From the human T2T-CHM13v2.0 reference genome, Homo sapiens, in NCBI RefSeq assembly GCF_009914755.1, contig NC_060939.1: DNA of 64,000 nucleotides, one strand, 5' to 3'. The position numbers and the translations under genes were made by a program. Positions within the stretch are counted from its first letter, which is position 1. Each line of letters opens with the position of its first letter. Positions 1 through 12,740 of this stretch are shown one piece after another. Under the pieces are notes generated by a model. It was given only the letters and a program-made list of their open reading frames with translations, made no database searches and was not told where the DNA came from.

Positions 1-1228
1 CTGGTCTATGTGTGATGTTACTTCTTTCCTTAGGGATGCATACTCTTGTTGACTGTTCTCATTGCTTGTGGAATTCTGGCTATTGCTTTTGCCAGTGATT
101 GTAGGGAAGGTCATGATATTTTATCTTTGGCCCCTGATAAAGTAATTAGTAATTATGGAGTGATAAAAAGTAATAAGCAATTATCAGGTCTAATTGCGTG
201 TGGGCCTTCTGCTTGTCTATAGGCGCTCCTGGACTGGGCTCCTAGTAAGCAGGCTGCTGGCTGTCATTGCCAACCAATACTCCTTTGGCTGAGGCCAATT
301 CTTGAAGGCCATCTTCTTGTTATCACAAGGTTGACTTACAGGAAATGTATTAAAATCTCTTAAGTTTTTTGACTGTGTCTCACATAATATAGATATTCAC
401 CTGGGTCAAAGGCAGCCTGAGATTATAGCTCCATTGTCATAAAAATGTCAGCTAATCTCCCCAGTTGTTAATATCTCAGTACTCTTGGGAGACTTTGCTC
501 ATTTTAAAAATCAATTTTTGCTCAAGCGTATGCCAAACTTAGTTGACCTTAAAATAACAAAGTAAGTAATCTGAGGTCATCCACAGCCTGGCATTCAGAG
601 AGTCTGCTGCCTTGGGGAAGGAATGCCATTCAATTTTTGGATTCCATTTTCACTTCGTTTATTATCTCTAGCTAGCAAAATTCTTTTAGACAATGAGAGG
701 GTGGCATTCTTACAGAGTAGCTTATGGGTCTGGTGCACTGCACACGTCAGCCCCATGATGGGAACCAGGTAAGGAATCAAATGTCTGGTTATTCTGGAAG
801 CTGGTTAATTTTCTCACCAACAGAATGGAGTTTGTGTCTGGGGTCAGTCTTTGAAGCTGAACTGAGATGTTCACGGTTGCTGTAAGGTAGATGTTCACAG
901 GCTCCAGATGCCTTTGCCCTTGGAGAGTGCTCACATTCGTACCTAACAGCTTCAGAGATGAGAGCCTTAAAGAGGGGCTCAACTTCCCTTCGGCGATACC
1001 ACCCTGGTTCCATCATGTCTAATTTCCCTTTGAGCAGATGGCACCTAAGTTATTCAGTCAATAGCTATATGCATAACTACATAGTGACTCTGGGTTGTGC
1101 AGCTAATGTGACTAACAGTGACTGTGTAGAGGCTGTGCCTGGGGCTGTTCAGCCAGCCACCACCACAGTGATGCTGTGCACCCCTCTAAATGCTGTGCCA
1201 CCTACTGTTCCAAGCTCTTTACATACTT

Positions 1229-1320
1229 AGAAAGGATATGTAATTTGCCCAAGGTCATAACGCTAGAAAATAGTTGAGCCAGTGTATGAACTCAGGCAGT
1301 GTGTTTCCACCACAATATTA
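1229..1320 (-). mobile_element. MIR SINE fragment
   Basis: taatttgcccaaggtcata...tgaactcaggcagt matches the reverse MIR core (aacttgcccaaggtcacacag...gaacccaggcagt). Confidence 0.65.
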
Positions 1321-1361
1321 TACATAACCTTAAAAGGTTGAGTCTATAAGATCTGTTTGGC

Positions 1362-1858
1362 TAATAAAAAAGAGTGAGATTCTGTTTTTTTGCAACAACA
1401 TGGATGGAACTGGAGATCATTATGTTAAGTGAAATAAGCCAGGCACAGAAAGACAAACACCACATGTTCTTACTTATCTGTGGGATCTAAACATCAAAAC
1501 AGTGGAACTCATGAAGATAGTAGAAGGATGGTTACCAGAGGCTGGGAAGGGTAGTGGAGATGGAGCGGGGAAGTGGGAATGGCTAATGGATACAAAAAAT
1601 AGAAAGAATGAATAAGACCTAATATTTGATAGCACAAGAGGGTAACTTTAGTCAAAATAATTGTACATTTTAAAATAACTAAAAGAGTGTAATTGGATTG
1701 TTTGTAACACAGAAGATGAAGCCTTGAGGGGATGGATACCCCGTTCTCCATGATGTGATTATTATACATTGCATGCCTGTATCAAAACATCTCATGTACC
1801 CCATAAATATATACACCTACTGTGTACCCACAAAAATTAAGAATGAAAAAATGTTTTA
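1362..1858 (+). mobile_element. 5'-truncated L1 3' end (L1MA-like)
   Basis: gcaacaacatggatggaactggagatcattatgttaagtgaaataagccaggcacagaaagac...catctcatgtaccccataaatatatacacc plus an A-rich tail. Probable TSD aagatctgtt(t)ggc at 1348-1361 and 1859-1871. Confidence 0.92.
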
Positions 1859-1885
1859 AAGATCTGTTGGCCAAATAATATAGAT

Positions 1886-2070
1886 ACTAACATTTATGTG
1901 CTCAACACTGTACTGTTGTATATGCAGTGTGCCATGGGATTATCAGACCAACCCTGTGATAGAAGCTATTATTATCTTCTTTGACAGTTGAAGAAAGTGA
2001 AGCAAAGAAGCATGAAATAACTTGTTCAGGTTCCCACAGCTAGAAGTGGGTTCAAACCCAGCATCTGCAC
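1886..2070 (-). mobile_element. MIR SINE
   Basis: ctaacatttatgtgctc...aacttgttcaggttcccacagctagaagtgggttcaaacccag resembles reverse MIR. Confidence 0.65.
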
Positions 2071-2847
2071 TGTTGTTAACCAGTCTGCCACAGATTATTC
2101 CATGTGTGGAGGAATTATCCCTATGACTCTGCTTTGCACTTGGTAAAAAATAAAAGCAATTGAGAGAGAAAAGCAATGCAACATGATTTCAGGGAAACTC
2201 CTCTCCTACAGAATGGAGGTGCAGACAGCCTGTGCCCTGGAGAAGGTCACTGCACTGCTCGCAAGGCTGGGCTGGCTCCATGGCCACCAGTTGAAAGCCT
2301 TACACCAATGGTGTCAGTAGATGCCTTGGTACGACTTTAGCTACTGCCTCATGCTCCACAAAGTAGAGAATTAGGTGACGATTGCACTTGAAGCTTAGTA
2401 AAGCAGCGGAGACCCCCTTCACCCAGAGAGCTTCACTCACTTCCCCGTGTAGCTCATTTTGGTATTTGGAAAAGAGGCTGTGTTTAGCATGGAAAGCAAG
2501 CCGGGAAATTGTTTCAGGAAGGTTAGGGTGGTCCCCAAAGCCAATCTGGCCCACCTCTAGTAAGATGAAGGGCAAAGATGGGCCTGGCTGGCAGTGATGG
2601 TGTGGAGCTCAGGGGATCCCCTTTTTCCCTCTCCCTTTCCATCTTTTTCTAAGAAGCGTATTACCCTCACATGCTGATTTTGCCTAATAGGACATCTGTG
2701 AAATCACTCTTTCTCTTTGTCAGTGAAACTTTAATTGAAGGTTGGAATATGCTGATGGGTAAAATAGGTGTGTCAATATGTTAGTGAAAAGAAATAGATG
2801 AGTTCTCATTCTTGTAGGTATCAGATATCTTTTTGACTCTTGGACAT

Positions 2848-3193
2848 TGTTATGGTCTGAATGTCTGTGTCCCTGCAAAATTAGTATATAGAAACGTAAC
2901 CCCCAAGATGATAGTACTAGGAAGTGGGGCCTTTGGGAGGTGATTAGGTCCTGAGGTTGGAGCCATTATGAATGGGATTAGTGTGCTTATAAAAGAGGCC
3001 TGTGGGAACTCACTCACTCCTTCCAGCATGAGAGGACACAGCAGGCACTGTCTATGAGGAACAGGCCTTCGCCAGACACCTCATCTGCTGGAGCCTTGAT
3101 CTTAGACTTCCCAGTCTCTAGAACTGTGAGCAATACATTTCTGTTGTTTATAAGTTAATCAGCCATAGCAGCACAAATGGACTGGCATAGACA
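2848..3193 (+). mobile_element. ERVL-MaLR solo LTR (MLT1A/MLT1A0-like)
   Basis: Begins tgttatggtctgaatgtctgtgtccc. Contains ggggcctttgggaggtgattagg, gccttgatcttagacttcccagtctctagaactgtgagcaatacatttctgttgtttataag. Confidence 0.9.
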
Positions 3194-4827
3194 TCTCAGC
3201 CCGTATTCTTTGTTCTAGCCCATCGGAAAATGATGGGTGCGTATGACACACAGTCCCAGTGGTGTCCCGAGTGATTAGCACAGTGGGAGTGATAAAAATG
3301 ACTCCCATTCCAGCCCCTGCTCTCAAACGCTTGGTGCTGAGTGGGGTGAAATACACACACGAGGATGATAATGGAGGCATTGCTGCTGTGTACAGCAGGA
3401 CTCGAACCAGGGAGGCAAGCAAAAGGGGAAGCCGAGGCCACTGTGGAGGCACAGCAGTCCCTGAGGTCACTCAAGGGGTTAAGGAAGCTGGCTTTTGGGC
3501 CTGTTCTGGGAAGGGCCATTCACCACTCACTAGACATTTTCTGGACACCCAGGCGGCCGGAGCCTTCCCTGCTGACTCAGCCCTGCCTTGGAAGCCTACG
3601 CTTTAGTGGGCTGAATTAAACTCCAGATTGGTAGAGGGGTGTTTGGAGGGCAGCGGTGAGGAGGTCAACCCTCAGCAGTTTAACTCATGTTAAGATCACA
3701 GAAGAATGGTCTGTGTGGATATCTTCTTAGAGCCTGGGGACAAATTGCAATGTCCATGATTTCTACCGAAATAGACACTTCTGGATATTGTAAAGCCATA
3801 GTGTTAGCCAATAAATATAACTTGTGGAAGGGGATCATTGGAACAACAGTGGTAAGAAATTCCGTTTACCACATTGTATCTAGTTCTGCTGTACCTAATC
3901 TTCTAGGATCTTCAGGGCAGCCCTGTGAGGTCTGATTACACTCACTTCACAGGTGGGAAATGAAGGCCAGTGGCTCTGCTGCTGGGCTCTCTGTCCAGGC
4001 TGCATGACCAAACCACCTCTCCTCCTAGCATCTGGAGCAGAGCCTTTTTTCCATGCAGGTAAGGCAGATGTCCTTGCCCTAATTTACAGTGTGATCCGGG
4101 GAAATGGAGGGAGAGACGATGATGCCCATGACAGAGTCTTGACAATGGGTCATTGCTGAAGTCCTGTTATCATTGATTAATCATCACGGCTTCCTGGTAA
4201 TGCCTCAGTCTTTCAGAGCCTGACTCAGCGCCTCTTGGCTTTAGATAACAGCTCTACCAGGGAAGCAGGGGAGTAGGGGGAAGGCCCAGTAGACCCTGGG
4301 GGCAACAGCTGTGGGTGCTTGAGCCAGCTCACCCCAGGCACCAGCTTGTTGCCTCAGGCAAGGCCCCATAAAGGTTATCTCTGCTTATAAAACCCTGGAG
4401 GAGCTGTTCTGGTTCCTTTGAAAAATAGACTTTGAAAGCTTGCCCAACCTTTTTCTTTTTCAGCAGTGCTGCTGAGACTACCTGTTTGATGTGTTATAAT
4501 TACATTCACTCTAATTATGGCTACTGATTTCTTCAAAACCTCAGCGCACTCTGGTACTATTCTTCCTGCTTGCTTACTGCTGTGTGGGATTATTTCTCCC
4601 TAGATGTTCACCAGACTTTGGCTTTTAATGACAGCAGCCAGTTGCATTTCCAAAACATTTTAATTTAATTATATTTCTCAAACCAAAGAGATGTAGTGTG
4701 ATGATATGCCGAAAGACTTTTTATTAGTAAAAAAAAGAAATATTTCAAATGAAATGTATCGCTGTTTTTTATAGCCACTGTTGTACAGTGGAAGGTAATT
4801 CAAAGATAGGTAAAGAAATAGTGTTGT

Positions 4828-5226
4828 CACAGAAAGATAAATATTGCATGGTCTCACTTATATGTGGGAGCTAAAGAAAAAACTTGAGCTTTCGGAAGCA
4901 GAGAGGAGAATAGAGGTTATTAGAGGCTGAGAAGGGAAGGGAGGAGGAGAGGGTGGGGAGAGGTTTGTTAATGCGCACAAAGTTATAGCCAAATAGGAAT
5001 GAGTGCTGCAGGGCAAGTATTGTTAGCAGTAATTTATTGCATATTTTCAAGAAGCTAAAAGAGAATTTTGACTGTTCACAACACAACTGATAAGTATTTG
5101 AGGTGATGGTTATGCTACTTACCAGGATTTGATAATTACATATTATATACGTATATTGAAGTATCACTCTGTATTCCATAAACATGTACAATTTTATGTG
5201 TTGACCAAAGATAAAGGAAAAAATAA
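4828..5226 (+). mobile_element. L1 3' end (L1MA-like)
   Basis: cacagaaagataaatattgcatggtctcacttatatgtgggagctaaa...gaggtgatggttatgctac...ccataaacatgtacaattttatgtg plus an A tail. Confidence 0.88.
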
Positions 5227-5228
5227 GA

Positions 5229-5298
5229 TATTAGCATTGTTAGACATTAGCTATTAACTTTGTTCGATATTAGCATTAGGTGTTAGATATTAGTATTC
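5229..5298. repeat. Short degenerate tandem repeat (tgttagatattagcatt-like units)
   Basis: Repeated tattagc/tgttaga motifs directly after the L1 tail. Confidence 0.5.
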
Positions 5299-5774
5299 TT
5301 TGCGGGAGCGCTGTGTCCCTGAAAGGAAGAGTATCTCTCAGAGGGAAACAGAGACAGCAGCCATGCGCCACATAGCAACTGGCCGCTGTCTGCCGCAAGG
5401 CTGGGTTGTGTGCACTGTGGCACTCGTCCTCAAGTCTGCTTGGGACTATTGCAAACACCAAATGAAACACCATCTTCAACTTTGCAGCCAAATGCCTCTT
5501 AATAGAATGAGGGCAGATAATATGATCTATTAGGAGCTTCCAAATGGCATGTTCCAGTAAAAAGGAAGAACTGCCTTATGCATGCAACTCAGCAGAGATG
5601 ATGATTAGACACAGTGATTGCAGATCACAGCGCAATTAAATGTGTCTTCCCTTAGCCTAAATCCACGGGGAGATTGGAGAGACACAATCTCACGTGCTTA
5701 CAGCAACCAGCGGCATGACATAAAACCAGTGGTGAGTAGCAAGTTGAGAGAACAGGGCTTCTTTATTTTACACT

Positions 5775-5952
5775 TTCTTTACTAAACACTTTATATATTG
5801 TCTTATTGGATCCCCACAAATATCCTAAAGATAAATCATATTATCACCTTAATTTACAGATAAGAAACTGGGGCACGGAGAGGCTCAGTAACTTAGTCAA
5901 AGCTACCCAGCATGTAGGCAGGGGAGGGACTCGCGATTAGGTCTTGTCTGAC
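5775..5952 (-). mobile_element. MIR SINE
   Basis: atttacagataagaaactggggcacggagaggctcagtaacttagtcaaagctacccagc matches the reverse MIR core. Confidence 0.8.
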
Positions 5953-6039
5953 TTGGTGAATCCACCGTAACATTTGACTTGCATTCGGTCCTCAATCTTT
6001 CCCACCGACAGTAGCATCAGTACTGTTCTCAGAGTGCTT

Positions 6040-6365
6040 CCAGGCCTCTGACTTCTGACCATCTTCAGGAGGGCACTTCCTGGCTGTGGCTGTGGCTGCA
6101 CTGTGGTGCGCCATGGCCAACTGGCTGGGGGAGGCCATGGGTTTTCCATGGAAGCGATGGGTGTCACTTCCAGGCCTGAGCATTGAATGCTGGGGCGAGG
6201 CCTTTCCGAGCTCCCCTGCCCTCTGCTGTGGTGAGTCATCTCCCCAAAGTGGAGCAAATCCATGGTGAGGATGGAATAGCACTGAGCCACTGGGCAATAA
6301 TGCTGTTGTTTGAGGCCTCTGAACTTGCAGCACCGCCTTTTGCCATAGATTAGTTTAGCCCGCCA
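6040..6365 (+). mobile_element. Old MaLR LTR (MLT1I/J-like)
   Basis: ggaagcgatgggtgtcacttccaggcctgagcattgaatgc...ttgtttgaggcctctga resembles MLT1I/J. Boundaries are approximate. Confidence 0.6.
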
Positions 6366-6673
6366 TGATGGATTCGAGACAGGTGCTAGGGATGGATGGC
6401 ATAATGACCCAAAACCTGAAATATGCAGCATTGGCTTCAGGTGACAGCGATGGTGATGGAGCCCTGAGTAGGTGGAGGACATGGTGACCCTGGCATGTAG
6501 TGAGGTAGCATTTGGCCTCAGGGGCAATAACTTGGAAGGCAGGTCAGGCACCTACAGACCTCATGGCCAGCGGAGAGATTGGAAAATAGATTTTTAATAG
6601 TATACATTGCTGGGTATTGATTGCATTTGGCAGGGCATTAAAAGAAAAAGATGATCCTAAAAATCAAGTGGTT

Positions 6674-7098
6674 TCAGCAATTCCACTTCTAAGTGTATAT
6701 ACAAAAGAGTTAAAAACAGGGTCCTGAACACATCTGTGTATACCAGTTTTCCTAGCAGCATTGTTCACAGTAATTAAAACTTGGATGCAACCCAAGGGCT
6801 CACTGATGGGATGAATAGATAAAATATGATAGATATATAGAATGGAATATGATTCAGCCCAAAAAAGGAAATTCTTACATGTGCTATAATATGCATGAAC
6901 CTTGAGGACATTATGCTAAGTAAAATAAGCCAGTCAGAAAGACAAATTCTGTATGATTCTACTTTTATGAAATACTTAGAGTGGTCAAATTCGTAGAGAC
7001 AGAAAGTAGAATGGTGGTTGCCAGGTACTGAGGGGTGGGGGGTGGGAGCCGTTTAATGTGGACAGGGTTCCACTTGGGGAAAGTGGAAAATCTCTGGG
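6674..7098 (+). mobile_element. L1 3' region (L1MB-like)
   Basis: cagcaattccacttctaagtgtatat...atgaaccttgaggacattatgctaagtaaaataagccagtc...gagacagaaagtagaatggtggttgccagg. Confidence 0.9.
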
Positions 7099-7668
7099 GT
7101 CTCCTTGGAAATCATGTCTGCTTTTAGGCAGAAAGCACAGCTTCTTCTGTGAATTCTAATTTCTGCACTTCACGGTGGAGGGAGTACTTAAAGATACCAA
7201 CGAACAGAATGCCAGCCCCCACACCTTTATACCTGCATGGCCAACACATGCTTAAGCAGTGTTTGTTTTGGTGACCGCATTATTCCCTTTTTCCCCAAGT
7301 CATCAACTTAGCATTCAAAGCAATAATCATTCTTTAAAAAACAAAACTCATACTTCATCTATATTTTAAATAACAATACACGTGTTTACAACAAAAATAG
7401 CCTTTGGCCTTGGCAGATTTGGACAGCACACAGTCGGCAGTAAGAATAGAGACCCCCCACTGGTAGGTGTGGAGGGTGGAGATGAGCCTGGACAGCTGCT
7501 CTGTCCTGTGAGCCAGCCACGTGGGTGCTGGTGATAAAGCGTCTCCTCAGTAGATAAGAGATTACAAAGTGAGAAGCAGGAAATGTGACCTGGGTATGGA
7601 AGGCGATAAAATGGACACATCTCATGACATATAAAGGGAAACCTTTCATCCTTTAACATGTGGTTTGA

Positions 7669-7799
7669 GGCCAGGGATGGTGGCTCACGCCTGTAATCCC
7701 AGCATTTTGGGAGGCCCAGGAGGGAGCATGGCTTGAGGCCAGGAATTCAAAATCAGCCTGGGCAACATAGTGAGACCCTGTCTCTACAAAAAAGATAAA
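7669..7799 (+). mobile_element. Free left Alu monomer (FLAM_C-like)
   Basis: Single Alu left arm ending in an A tail. It is flanked by TSD atgtggtttg (7658-7667 and 7800-7809), so it inserted as a monomer. Confidence 0.85.
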
Positions 7800-8619
7800 A
7801 TGTGGTTTGTTATTGCGAATAGTGCTTGGCGTCCATATCTGGTGGAGGAGAGCTTGTGGCTGCTGTGGTGCTGTGTGTTGTGTGTCGCTCTACCTTGTGG
7901 AGGGTGCTGGATGCCACAGATTCACCACACACGTCTCCCTTCATGCATGATCAACCCATGAGTCAGTGCTTTAAGACTTATCTCAGGTACCGGAATTATT
8001 TAAAATAATTGTCCAGAAGGCTTAGTTTTGGGGAGATCCATTGAGCGAGTCATCTGCCCACGCCTTGAAGCCCATAATCCTGAGGTTGAGCTGCAGCCAG
8101 CATGGCTTCCCTTCTAGTGTGTGAATGTTTTACAGAGTATGTTGTCACTTGCATTGACACGTTGCTGATATTTTATATATTTGGATGGGGCATTGATGAA
8201 ATAAGTGCAACACTGAGCATTTGTAAAGCAGAACAATTTGACACAGTTGTTTTGTTAGAACTTCTCCACAACCATGGGAAGAAGGCAGAGATAGAAAGCC
8301 GAGTCCAGAACTGAAATGACTTCTTCGCAGAGCCCTCTGGCTCTAGACAAGTGACAATTTCTGGGGTTCTCCTACTATTCCTATTGCAGGCTGCAGTTAC
8401 CTGCCAGCAGAACGATACTGTGTGTCTCATTATTTCAATGAGGTCAATTGGATATTTTTAATTGATTTTCAGTTTTGAATTTTATTTATAAAATGTAATT
8501 TACAGTGATGTGAGAATTAGAAGATATGGAATTTATATCTACTTTTAAGTTCTCACATATTTAGATAAAACTAAAAATAATTTAAGTCAATATTGGAGGT
8601 TTGGGAAATTTGGGGAGGG

Positions 8620-11600
8620 TAAAAATATACATAACATAGAACATGTATGGTATGCATATAATATAAAATGTATCATTTTGAGGGTATAGTTCAGTGTCAT
8701 TAAGAACATTCAGATTGTTGTGCTATTATCACCACTGTTCAGCCAAAGAAATTTTCATCTTCTAAAACTGAAATTTTACCTCCTTTAAACAGTGACTCCC
8801 CAGTCCTTGCATTCCCTGGTCCCTGGCAACCACATTCTACTTTCTGTCTCTATGAATCTGATTACTCAAGGTACTTTATATAGTGGAATCATACAGCATC
8901 TGTCCTTTTGCTACTGTTTAATTACATTTAGCATTAATGTCTTCAAGGTTCATTCATGTCTTAGCATTTCCTTCCTTTTTAAAGATGAATAATATTCATT
9001 ATGTGTATATGCCATATTTTATTTAACCATTCAATCTTAGATGGACACCTGTGTTGCTTCTACCTTCTGGTTATTGTGAATAATGCTACTATGTGTACAC
9101 AAATATCTGCCTGAGTCCCTGCTTTCAATTCTTTTGGGTGTACACCTGCAAGTAAAATTGCGGTCATATGATAATTTATATTTTTCTGAGGAACTCCCAT
9201 ACTGTTTTCCATAGTGGCTATGCCATTTTACATTGTTACCAGCAGTGCAAAGAAATGCCAATTTCTCCACATCCTCGCCAACACTTGTTAGTTTCTGTTT
9301 TGTTTTTTTTTTTTTCATAACAGCCATGCTAATGGGTGTGAAGTGGTGTCTCATTGTAGTTTTGATTTGCATTTTCCTAATAACTACTGATACTGCACAA
9401 CCTTACATGTGTTTATTGGCCATTTCTATATCTTCTTTGGAGAAATACCTATTCAAGTCGTTTGTCCAGTTTAAATCAGGTTGTTGTTGTTGTTGTTTAA
9501 ATAGTTGCTCTGTTGTAGTTCTTTATATATTCTGGACATTAACCCATTATCAGATATGTAATAATATGTAAATATTGTCTCACATGCTATATGTTGTCTT
9601 TTCACTTTGTTGATAGGGACTTTTGATGCATAAAAGTTGATTTTGATGTAGTCCAGTTTATCTATTTTTTTCTTTTGTTGCTTGTGTTCTTGTGTCATAT
9701 TCAAGAAATAATTGCCAAATTTAATGACATGAAGCTTTTCCCCTTGGTTTTCATCTAACAGTTAAGTTTTAGCTGGTATATGTAGGTCTTTGTTAAAATT
9801 TGAATCAATTTTTGTATGTGGTGTAAGATAAAGTCCCAACTTCATTCTTTTGCTTCTGGATATCCAGTTTTTTCAACACCCTTGTGGAAAGACTGTCCAT
9901 TCTCCATTTAATGGTCTTGGAACCTTTGTCAAAAATCATTTGACAATATTTGTGTGGCTTTATTTCTGGGCTCTTTGTTCCACTGGTCTAGATATCTGTC
10001 TTTATATAATTACCATACTTTTTTGATTACTGTAACTTTGTAGTAAGTTTTGAAATCAGAAACTATGAGACCCCCAACTTTGTTCTTCTTCAAGACTATT
10101 TTGGATATTTGGAGTCTTTTGAATTTCTATATTAATTCTAGGATTTTCTTTTCAATGTCTGCAAAAATATCATTGGAATTTTAATAGAGATTACATTAAA
10201 TCTATAGATCACTTTGGGTAGTATTGACATCTTAACAATATTAGATCTTTCGACCTGTGAACACAGAATCTTTCCATTTTTTGGTATCTTCCTTAATTTC
10301 TTTCAGCATACACGTCTGTTGTCCATTGGTTCAGTTTATTTGAGTGTCTTATTCTTTTTGGTACTATTGTAAATGGAATTGTTTCTTAATTTTCTTTACA
10401 GATTGTTCTTTGTTACGTGAAAATATAACTGATTTGGGGTGTTGACTTTGTATACTGTCCTGTAACTTTACTTACTTCATTTGTTAGTCCTAACAGGTTT
10501 TTTTCTTTGTTATTATTTTTTTTGGTGTGAAATCTTTAGGCTTTTCTACATATAAAATCACGTCTGTGAAAAGAGATAATTTTACATCTTCCTTTCCAAT
10601 TTGTATGCCTTTTAATTTTCTTTTCTTTCCTAATTACTCTGGCTAGAAATTCCAATACTACATTCAATAGAAGTGGTAAAGTGGGCATTCTTGTCCTGTC
10701 CGTGATTTTAGAGGAAAAGCTTTCAGTCATTCACTATTGAATGTGATGTTGCCAGCGGGTTTTTATACATGGCTTTTATTGTGGTGCATTCGTTATCTTC
10801 TGTTCTGAGTCTTTGAGTGCTTCTTTTCACAAAAGGGCGTTGAAGTTTGTCATATACTTTTTCTGCATCAATTGAGATGATCATGTGCTTTTTTTTCTTC
10901 ATTCTGTTAATTTGGTTTATTGCACTGATTGATTTTTTTATGTCAAACTATCCTTGTTTTTCAGGAACAAACCATACTTTTTCATGCTCTATGGTCCTTT
11001 TAATGTGTTGCTCAATTCTGTTTGATAGCATTTCATTCAGGATTCTTGTATCAGTAGTCAAAAAGATATTGGTTTGTAGTTTTGTCTTCTTAGAGTGTCT
11101 TTGTTTGGTGTTGGTGTCAGGATAAACCCAACCTCATATAATGAGTTTGGAAGTGTTCCCTCGTCTTCAATATTTTGAAGCATCTGAGGATAATTGGTAT
11201 TAATTCTTCTTTAATTTTTTTTAAAGTTTTATTTTTGATGGACATGTAATTGTTATACATACTTACACGGTAAAATGCAGTTCTATTTTTATTTTTTTGA
11301 GGAACAGCCATACTGTTTTCTGTTATACCTGTACTAATTTACATTTCTACCTCATCAGCGGTTCTCCTTTCTCCACATCCTCACCAGTGTTTGTTATTTT
11401 TCGTCTTTTTGATAATTGGGGTAAGGTGATGTCTTACTGTGGTTTTGATTTTTCATTTCCCTGATGATTAGAGATGTTGAGCATTTTAAAAATATATATT
11501 TGGCCATTTTCATGTCTTCTTTTGAGAAATGTATATTCAGGTCTTTTGACCAATTTTAAGTTGGATTATTTATATTTTTGATATTGAGTAGTTCAAGTTT

Positions 11601-12057
11601 CTTATAAATTCTGGATATTAACCCCTTGTCAGATGTATAATTTGCAAATATTTTCTTCCATTCTGTAGGCTGTGTCTTAACTCTGCTAATTGTTTCCTTT
11701 GTTGTACAGAATCTTTTTAGTTTGATGTAATCCAATTTGTCTATTTTTGCTTTTATTGCCTGTGCTTCTGAAATTTTATCCAAAAAAATCCTTCCCCAGA
11801 CCAATGTCATGTAGCATTTCCCCTATATTTTCTTCTAGTAGTTTCATAGTTTCAGGTCTTACATTTAAATGTTTAATCCATTTGAGTTGTTTGTTGTATA
11901 AGGTGAAAGATAGGGGTCTAGTTTTATTATTCTGCCTGTGATTATCCAGTTTTCAGAGCACAATTTATTGAAGAGAATTCTCCTGTGAAGCCATCTGTTC
12001 CTGGGCTTTTTCTTGTTTGGAGGTTTATGATTACTGATTCAATCTTCCCAGTAGTTA

Positions 12058-12088
<31 letters not shown>

Positions 12089-12740
12089 GTGGCTTATTTT
12101 CTTTTTCTTCCTGATTCAACTTTGAAAGGTTGTACGTTTCCAGAAGTTTTCTATTTCATCTGGGTTTTCTATGTATTGGTGTGCATTTTTTTTAGTATTT
12201 TCTTGTAATCCTTTTTATTTCATTAAAATTGGTTGTAATGTCTCTTTCATCTTTTGGTGCTGAGTTTAGTTACATGCATTTTCTTCATTTATTAGTCAGT
12301 ATAGGTAAAAATTTATCAATTTTGTTGATTTTTTTCAAAGAATCAACTCTTATTTTGTTGATTTTTTTTCCTATTTCTTATTCCATTTATCTGTGCTCTA
12401 ATCTTTATTATTTTCTTCCTTTGCTAGCTTTGGGGTTAGTTCATTTTTCTTTTTCCAGTTCCTTAGAGTGTAAACTTAGATTATTGATGTATCATCTTTC
12501 TTCTTTTTAATGTAAGCATTTACATCTCTAAATTTCCTTCTCAGCATTGCTTTTATTCTGTTCTATAATTTTTTTATGTGGTCTTTTAATTTTCATTTAC
12601 CGCAAGATATTTTCTAATTTCTCTTACGATATTGTTTTTCTAGGACCTGTTGGTTGTTTAAGAGTATGTTGTTTATTTCCACATATTTGTGATTTTTTAA
12701 GTTTTTTTCTGCTTTAGATTTATAGTTTTATTCTATTATT
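8620..12740 (-). mobile_element. L1 (L1MB-like) 3'UTR plus ORF2 relic, interrupted by a nested L1
   Basis: Reverse 3'UTR (ccctggcaaccacattctactttctgtctctatgaat) followed by degenerate ORF2. The minus-strand ORF 9037-9372 (MQIKTTMRHHFTP) matches the ORF2p C-terminus. Confidence 0.92.
11215..11976 (-). mobile_element. Nested L1 (L1MA-like) fragment with internal deletion
   Basis: A new poly-T and 3' terminus at 11215 repeats the ORF2 C-terminal segment already present at 9180-9890. ORF 11556-11810 ([21 protein letters not shown]) is ORF2-like. Host L1 resumes at agaattctcctgtgaagccatctg. Confidence 0.8.

Noticed and set aside
789-1016. 75-aa ATG-initiated ORF in unique sequence
   Set aside because: No recognisable homology or supported exon boundaries, and this length is expected by chance.
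5937-6551. Longest ORF (204 aa, minus strand)
   Set aside because: It overlaps an MLT1-like LTR and a MIR edge, has a non-ATG start, and shows no recognisable domain.
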